51,754 nucleotides of DNA, taken from the sequence record MT446404.1. One strand, written 5' to 3'. Each line of letters opens with the position of its first letter. Position 1 is the first letter of the stretch. The translations under genes were made by a program, and so were the position numbers. The notes beneath the pieces were generated by a model that was not told the DNA's origin, did not search any database, and worked only from the letters and a program-made list of their open reading frames with translations. The stretch comes from Escherichia virus TH30. Below, piece after piece: positions 46,582-51,754 of the stretch.

Positions 46582-47578
46582 AAATCAAGGTTGTGCCATA
46601 ATTGGTGCAACCTTTTTTATTGGAGTAAAAACAGTGAACGAGCCGAATTACCAGAAAGAAGAAGTCCTGCCATACATGAAAGGATTATGGCGTGAGGCAT
46701 TGCAATCAATCTGTGGGTTGCAGTCCGTCGTATTCAATAAGAAGCACCAGCCATGCCCTTACTGCGGCGGCAAGGACCGTTTCCGTTGGACTGATGAACT
46801 GGACTCTCCTGGTGACGGCGGAGCTATCTGTAACGGATGCGGGAACGACAAGGGCGTTGGCTGGATGATGAAGCTGACTGGTGAGCCTTACAGTGAAGTG
46901 ATTAATATTCTCGGTCGATTCCTTGGGAAAGTTCCGCAGGATTACAAAGCCAAGGCTTACCGCAGGGCGTCACGCGTACCGGAAAAGGGATTAGGAAAGA
47001 TGGCAGATCATGAGTCATGTGTAGCTGTAATGGATCGCACGGAGAAGCGCGAGAACACCGATTTAAGCATGTATGAATGCTTAACCGAAGATTCATATGA
47101 CGTTGGCGTAAAAGTGCGTCAGAATGGTTCTGAAGAGCTAATACACGCACTACCTTGCTACATGGTTCATCCTGACGGGATTGATGAGGATATGTGTAAC
47201 GTCATGTTTGCTTATGATAATGGAGAATACACTTTCCTTGCGCGCGATTATTCTCGCGGCTCAGTTGTTAAGCTGGGGAGTGGCGAAGCGGATGCAGCCA
47301 TATATATGACAAGCGATCTTATTGATGGCTACAGAGTGAAGATGGCTACCAGTCAGGAAGTATGGGTGACTTTCTCCCCTGAGAATCTTGAGATCGTTGC
47401 TTATCGGTATCGTGGCGAAAGGGAATTGCGTGTAGCGTGTCCGGCAGATGATTTGAGAACGCTTTACATGGCTGACGAGCGAGATTTAAAAGTGGTTGTG
47501 CCGAACGGCGGAAACTTCAAAATGGGGCTTGAGCGAAAGCTATATACACCGCAGGATCTGATAGATAAGTATTCATAA
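46553..47578 (+). CDS. DNA primase with zinc-binding domain (341 aa; true start may be GTG 46634)
   Basis: CPYCGGKDRFRW...CNGCGN zinc motif; adjacent to helicase. Confidence 0.6.
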   Translation: MKQHEKLKNENQGCAIIGATFFIGVKTVNEPNYQKEEVLPYMKGLWREALQSICGLQSVVFNKKHQPCPYCGGKDRFRWTDELDSPGDGGAICNGCGNDKGVGWMMKLTGEPYSEVINILGRFLGKVPQDYKAKAYRRASRVPEKGLGKMADHESCVAVMDRTEKRENTDLSMYECLTEDSYDVGVKVRQNGSEELIHALPCYMVHPDGIDEDMCNVMFAYDNGEYTFLARDYSRGSVVKLGSGEADAAIYMTSDLIDGYRVKMATSQEVWVTFSPENLEIVAYRYRGERELRVACPADDLRTLYMADERDLKVVVPNGGNFKMGLERKLYTPQDLIDKYS

Positions 47579-47583
47579 CAATT

Positions 47584-47606
47584 ACCCGCTACGGCGGGTT
47601 TTTTTA
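47584..47606 (+). terminator. rho-independent terminator
   Basis: ACCCGC-tacg-GCGGGT hairpin plus T7. Confidence 0.7.
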
Positions 47607-47632
47607 TGCCTGACGTAATGCTACAATGTGCT

Positions 47633-47649
47633 TTAGCAATTAGTGCTAT
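47633..47649. promoter_or_regulatory. conserved 17-bp motif in flipped orientation upstream of a plus-strand gene
   Basis: TTAGCAATTAGTGCTAT, 25 nt upstream of ATG 47674. Confidence 0.45.
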
Positions 47650-47673
47650 CAACCAAATAAAGGGTTTACAATT

Positions 47674-48993
47674 ATGGCAACTTATGATGAAGGAACCGCA
47701 TCACTAGCTGCGGACGGTACTGTAACTGGTGTTGGTACGTCATGGAGAAAGCCGCTTACACTTATTCGTGTTGGCGCGACCATGATATTCAATACATCCC
47801 CAATAAGTATCGTCACGATAGCTGAGGTTTTAAGTGATACAAGTATTAGGGCTTTCAATGAAAAAGGGTTTACTGCTCCGGCTGGAACGCAGTACTTCAT
47901 CCTGGCTCACGATGGAATTACCGTGGAGGGGCTAGCGCAAAACGTCGCTGAAACTCTTAGGTATTATCAATCTCAAAATTGGGTTCTTGCCGATGAGAAT
48001 GGAAATGTAAGGATAGAAGATGGCGGTACTGGTGCAAGCGACGCGGCTGGCGCGCGCAGTAAGTTAGGTTTAGGCTCGGTGGCAACGATGAGCAATGTAC
48101 CATTAGCAAATGGTGGTACAGGTGCTACGGATGCTGCTGGTGCACGTAATAACCTGGAGCTTGGTCAGCTTGCAACGGAAGATGTTGCTAGCATAAACAA
48201 CGGTGGGACTGGTGCAACCAGCGCAGAAGGTGCACGTAATAACCTGGAGCTTGGATCTGCTTCCACATTGAATGTCGGGGGTAACAGTGGAAACGCTATG
48301 AGGGTTGGTGATTTCGGATTAGGAAGGCCAGACGGTGCTATGGTTTTTAATACCACATCTCAAGATGTGCTTCTTGCTGGTTTGGATCAATATGGATTAA
48401 CTGTATTCAGGAACAACCAACAAATTGCAGCGCCGTGGGATATCTGGAACTATTCATCAAACCTATTCTTTAGGGCTGGCGATACTTACAGTATGTTGAG
48501 CATCCCCTTTGAACAATCAGGTAAGGTTAAGGTTTTCGGCGGGGCTGCTGGATCTGGATGGAAGACAGGTCGCACACTACTCGATAGCACAATCACAACT
48601 GTTGACTCGAACGGATTTATCAAACAAGCGTCACCGATTGTCAAGGTTTTTGGTGATGGTAAGTATGAGGTGAACGAAGAATCAGAAGGGGCTATAGTTG
48701 AACGAGTTTCTGTAGGTGTTTACAGGATTTCAGGCGTACTAGGCCTTAATTCAGATGCAGCGTGGGGGGGTGTTAACGGCGGATTTGAGATACCACTTGA
48801 TATTAACAAGCAAGCAAGGGTGTGGATTGACTACAAGGTTGAGCCTGAGGGATCTATAATCCTTAAAACGTATCACCGAACTTACGAATCATCTCCTTCA
48901 TTTGCAACAAACAAGATTGATGGTTTTAATAATGGAGATCCGATAGATATACCATCTGACGCATTCATTTCTGTTCGTGTCAATATGCCATAA
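47674..48993 (+). CDS. tail fibre-like protein with three GGTGA(S/T)..AGAR..L(G/E)LG repeats (439 aa)
   Basis: Repeats between about 48018 and 48290 including an exact 26-bp duplication. Confidence 0.55.
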   Translation: MATYDEGTASLAADGTVTGVGTSWRKPLTLIRVGATMIFNTSPISIVTIAEVLSDTSIRAFNEKGFTAPAGTQYFILAHDGITVEGLAQNVAETLRYYQSQNWVLADENGNVRIEDGGTGASDAAGARSKLGLGSVATMSNVPLANGGTGATDAAGARNNLELGQLATEDVASINNGGTGATSAEGARNNLELGSASTLNVGGNSGNAMRVGDFGLGRPDGAMVFNTTSQDVLLAGLDQYGLTVFRNNQQIAAPWDIWNYSSNLFFRAGDTYSMLSIPFEQSGKVKVFGGAAGSGWKTGRTLLDSTITTVDSNGFIKQASPIVKVFGDGKYEVNEESEGAIVERVSVGVYRISGVLGLNSDAAWGGVNGGFEIPLDINKQARVWIDYKVEPEGSIILKTYHRTYESSPSFATNKIDGFNNGDPIDIPSDAFISVRVNMP

Positions 48994-49020
48994 AAAAAGC
49001 CCCGAAAGGGGCTTTATCTT
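48992..49020. terminator. bidirectional terminator
   Basis: A7, GCCCC-gaaa-GGGGC, T-run. Confidence 0.7.
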
Positions 49021-49025
49021 TTACA

Positions 49026-49478
49026 TCAGAACGGGATGTCATCATCGAACTGCATAGACTGATTAGGTTGCTGCTTAGGCTGCTGGTGCTTTTGCTGAGG
49101 CTGCTGCCGTTGTTGTTGCTGGCCTTGGCCCTGCTGTGCTGGCTCACGCTGACTGAATTGCAACTGAGGTCGGATCATTTCGGCGGTCACATACACAGTG
49201 CCGTCATTTCCCTGGCGCGACGCTAAGTGAAGCGTGTCGGCGGAAATTGATACAACCTTACCTTCCTGGAACGCCTCATCATACCACTGCATGACGTTTT
49301 CTTTTGCAAAGAACGTAGCGCGGTAGTTACTGTAAACCGTTTCATCCTCGCCCTGCTGATTGCGAATCTTCATACGTTCTGACAGTTCGACGGCGTACAT
49401 TTTCCAGCGACCATTATTGTTACTGCCTTCTTTGGTGAATGGTGCTTTACGGATCTGACCAGTGATTACGTGTGGCAT
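49026..49478 (-). CDS. ssb: single-stranded DNA-binding protein (150 aa)
   Basis: Gln/Pro-rich linker and acidic C-terminal tail DDDIPF. Confidence 0.85.
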   Translation of the reverse strand: MPHVITGQIRKAPFTKEGSNNNGRWKMYAVELSERMKIRNQQGEDETVYSNYRATFFAKENVMQWYDEAFQEGKVVSISADTLHLASRQGNDGTVYVTAEMIRPQLQFSQREPAQQGQGQQQQRQQPQQKHQQPKQQPNQSMQFDDDIPF

Positions 49479-49516
49479 TTTATTTTCCTTGTTGGATGGG
49501 GCCGAAGCCCCGTTAA

Positions 49517-50173
49517 TTAGAATTGCTCGATGGATTCAGATTGTACAGGCTCGGACGGTGCATTTGCAACCTTGTCTTCAACCTTTTGCACATCTGCCTT
49601 TTTCGCTGGCTGGAATCCGCGAGCGCTACCGATACTCAATTCAGCCTTACGCTTCTGCAAGTGGTCTTCTGCAATCTTCCATTCCGCCGCGCTGAGTGAA
49701 CCTTTCGCGCTCTTATAGATCACCTGGAGGGCTTCCAGTTTTTCGCAGTTGGTGATCAGTTTTTTGTAGTCTGCCGCCGTGCGCTTCGCGATTTCTGCGT
49801 CGTCATCGCTCTGAGTGATTCCAAGCGCTGCGCATAATGCATAACGGCGACCGTATGAGGTTGTAGAGCCGTAAGCCTGAGCGCTAATCTTCTCGATCGG
49901 CATGTTGTACTGGAACGCAAGCCACTCGCCGGAACTATGAAGGATGAGTGTTTCAATGTGCATTACCTTCTCGGTTGACGTGTCCAGGTTTGACTGGATA
50001 ACCATAAGGTCATGCTCTTTTAGCGCTGGCTCTACGGCCTCCAGAACGTCCGTCAGGTTTGAATAATGGCTTTTCAGGTGAGTGTTGAAGCCTGATTTTT
50101 TTGCGATGGCAAACTGCTTTTTAGCTGCAATTAGAGCGGCTGAAACATTCGAAAACTTCTCTGATGTACGCAT
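49517..50173 (-). CDS. erf: Erf-family single-strand annealing protein (218 aa)
   Basis: N-terminal pattern LKSHYSNLTDVLEAVEPALKEHDL resembles Erf core. Confidence 0.55.
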   Translation of the reverse strand: MRTSEKFSNVSAALIAAKKQFAIAKKSGFNTHLKSHYSNLTDVLEAVEPALKEHDLMVIQSNLDTSTEKVMHIETLILHSSGEWLAFQYNMPIEKISAQAYGSTTSYGRRYALCAALGITQSDDDAEIAKRTAADYKKLITNCEKLEALQVIYKSAKGSLSAAEWKIAEDHLQKRKAELSIGSARGFQPAKKADVQKVEDKVANAPSEPVQSESIEQF

Positions 50174-50236
50174 TATATATACCTTTGTTTACTTCGTTTG
50201 ATTTACGGTGATTATAGCAAATCACCGCATTCTTGT

Positions 50237-50253
50237 TTAGCAAAAAGTGCTAC
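50237..50253 (-). promoter_or_regulatory. conserved 17-bp motif (variant GTAGCAC...), upstream stop TAG embedded
   Basis: Stop of exonuclease gene is the TAG of the motif. Confidence 0.5.
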
Positions 50254-51290
50254 GCTTCCAGGATGTGCTTGAACTGCTTCATGATCCAGTCAGGAGTTTC
50301 AAGCTCTACTTCCGGCTCGCCGTTATTGTATGAAGGCCAGACGTCGTTGGCTTCGCACATTGAGAAGGTGTGGATCACGCTCATGTACTGCGCGCGCCCA
50401 ATCTTAAGCTGATCGCCGCTCATCCTGTACGCCATCGGCAAGTAAGGCTCCTTCTTCTCCTGGGCCAGCAAGCGGACAACTACAGGTCGCGTTTCTTCAA
50501 AGCATTTAACGAACAAGTCACGCTGCAATGCCATCTTGAGGTAGTAGCCAAGGTTGAACGCCAGGCGCGGAAACTCAGTCGGGTTAGCGCTCATTGTCGT
50601 CTTGTAATCAGTGATGACGACAATTTCAGGATGAATTTCAGGATCGTAACCCATTCGCCGGATCGCTTCTGGATCTTTAACAATATCAACATGGTCAAGC
50701 CGCACCTTTACTTTTACTCCGCAAATTACGCCGAACAACGAATACTCACGGAATGCCGTTTCGCTGTTCATGCAAGCGTTATGCTCAGGAATCATTTCAA
50801 GAACCTGACGCATACTGACGCAAGCGTCGTAGTCTTCCGCCTTAACCAGTTCCACACCATCTGCCCACGCCTGACACTGTGCGATCATATCAATCAGCCA
50901 CATGACGTTGAGTTCTTCGCCACAATCAATCATCATTTTGATCAGTTCTGGATATTGCTTTCCGCTTGTACCAGTCAGGCCAAATGATTTTAATTTCGTT
51001 GCCAATGCTGCCTGGCTTGTGATTACGTTTTCAATCTCGCTATCTTTCGGTGCGCGGCGATACTGGCGTTCAAACAGTGCCTTACTCTCGAAATTGGTAT
51101 GCGACTGCGTACCGAATACCAGTGCCTTAGTCGTCGAGTTCATTTCAAACTTCCACGCCGCAGGGCAAGTACTGTGGATCTTGCTGAGTGACGAGCCTGA
51201 TACATAATCGGCGGTCCACTCATCTTTGCTGTGGTAAAAGTCGTTACTCATTTCTTCTGACGTGAAGTATTGAAAAAGTGGCTTGGTCAT
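50250..51290 (-). CDS. PD-(D/E)xK recombination exonuclease (YqaJ/lambda-Exo-like, 346 aa)
   Basis: Motif VVITDYKTT; adjacent to Erf and SSB. Confidence 0.55.
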   Translation of the reverse strand: MTKPLFQYFTSEEMSNDFYHSKDEWTADYVSGSSLSKIHSTCPAAWKFEMNSTTKALVFGTQSHTNFESKALFERQYRRAPKDSEIENVITSQAALATKLKSFGLTGTSGKQYPELIKMMIDCGEELNVMWLIDMIAQCQAWADGVELVKAEDYDACVSMRQVLEMIPEHNACMNSETAFREYSLFGVICGVKVKVRLDHVDIVKDPEAIRRMGYDPEIHPEIVVITDYKTTMSANPTEFPRLAFNLGYYLKMALQRDLFVKCFEETRPVVVRLLAQEKKEPYLPMAYRMSGDQLKIGRAQYMSVIHTFSMCEANDVWPSYNNGEPEVELETPDWIMKQFKHILEA

Positions 51291-51327
51291 CTCTTTAATC
51301 CTCGTTCGTTGTTGATGTGGCTAACTA

Positions 51328-51754
51328 TACGCGACTGGTTGCGTTAATCAAGTGGTTACATGTAGATATTTGTAATCGCGTGTATGCAATGGCGTTAGTT
51401 ACATAAAATGGCTATCCGGAACAGCTATAGCTAGATGTAAATAGCGTGTATATCGTGTATATCATTTTTCTCGGAGGGTGCATTAGTGTATGCGTGATTA
51501 GATACTGTATAAATAACCATATTAGAAATTTATAAGAGGAACACTCTATAGAAGTAGTTACACGATATACACAGTAATATATATAATAATAATAATAAGA
51601 GTAAAAGGTTGATATATATAGATATTTTAATGTAACTATCGCGTAACTAGGCGTAACAGCGCGTATATCATTTTCCGCGGATGAGATTGTATACATCGAG
51701 TTACATCGGTTACATGTATATCGTTGCATTTACTGCATTATGAGGATAAAATAA
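51328..51754. repeat. Right copy of exact 427-bp direct terminal repeat
   Basis: Same sequence as 1-427 running to the last base of the window. Confidence 0.9.

Noticed and set aside
48018-48290. Collagen-like or CRISPR-like reading of the GGTGA repeats in the fibre-like gene
   Set aside because: Only three coding repeats inside one ORF; consistent with tail-fibre repeat motifs.
1-51754. Integrase, repressor and attachment site (temperate lifestyle)
   Set aside because: No protein resembling a tyrosine or serine recombinase was seen; the organisation fits a virulent T1-like phage. HMM searches were not possible.
1-51754. tRNA genes or CRISPR arrays
   Set aside because: No regularly spaced repeat-spacer arrays (the recurring 17-bp motif is at gene boundaries, not evenly spaced) and no obvious cloverleaf candidates by eye; a tRNAscan-type search would be needed to exclude tRNAs.

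Overview
The window looks like a complete genome of a T1-like (Drexlerviridae-type) tailed siphophage of an enterobacterial host, bounded by an exact 427-bp direct repeat (1-427 = 51328-51754). Genes sit in six strand blocks: + 455-1836, - 1865-30591, + 31306-37689, - 37713-46015, + 46108-48993, - 49026-51290. The long minus block holds a lambda-like tail module (J-like fibre, I, K, L, M, tape measure, G/GT chaperone with a -1 slippery site, major tail protein), the head module (capsid, scaffold, head morphogenesis, portal, large and small terminase with an inserted HNH gene) and about 25 small early genes. Other blocks carry a holin / SAR-endolysin / u-spanin lysis cassette, Dam-like and C5-like methyltransferases, a split kinase plus HAD phosphatase, SF2 helicase, primase, SSB, Erf and a PD-(D/E)xK exonuclease. 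No integrase, tRNA or CRISPR array was recognised by eye. The most striking non-coding signal is a 17-bp partially dyad-symmetric motif (ATAGCAC-n3-TTG(C/T)TAA) present about 20 times at gene boundaries, usually with the upstream stop codon embedded in it. Candidate novel content includes a tandem array of at least four paralogous small acidic proteins (28031-29439) and a domain-deleted paralogue pair on opposite strands. All product calls are from reading motifs in the translations, not from database searches; coordinates of non-coding elements were counted by hand and may be off by 1-2 nt.
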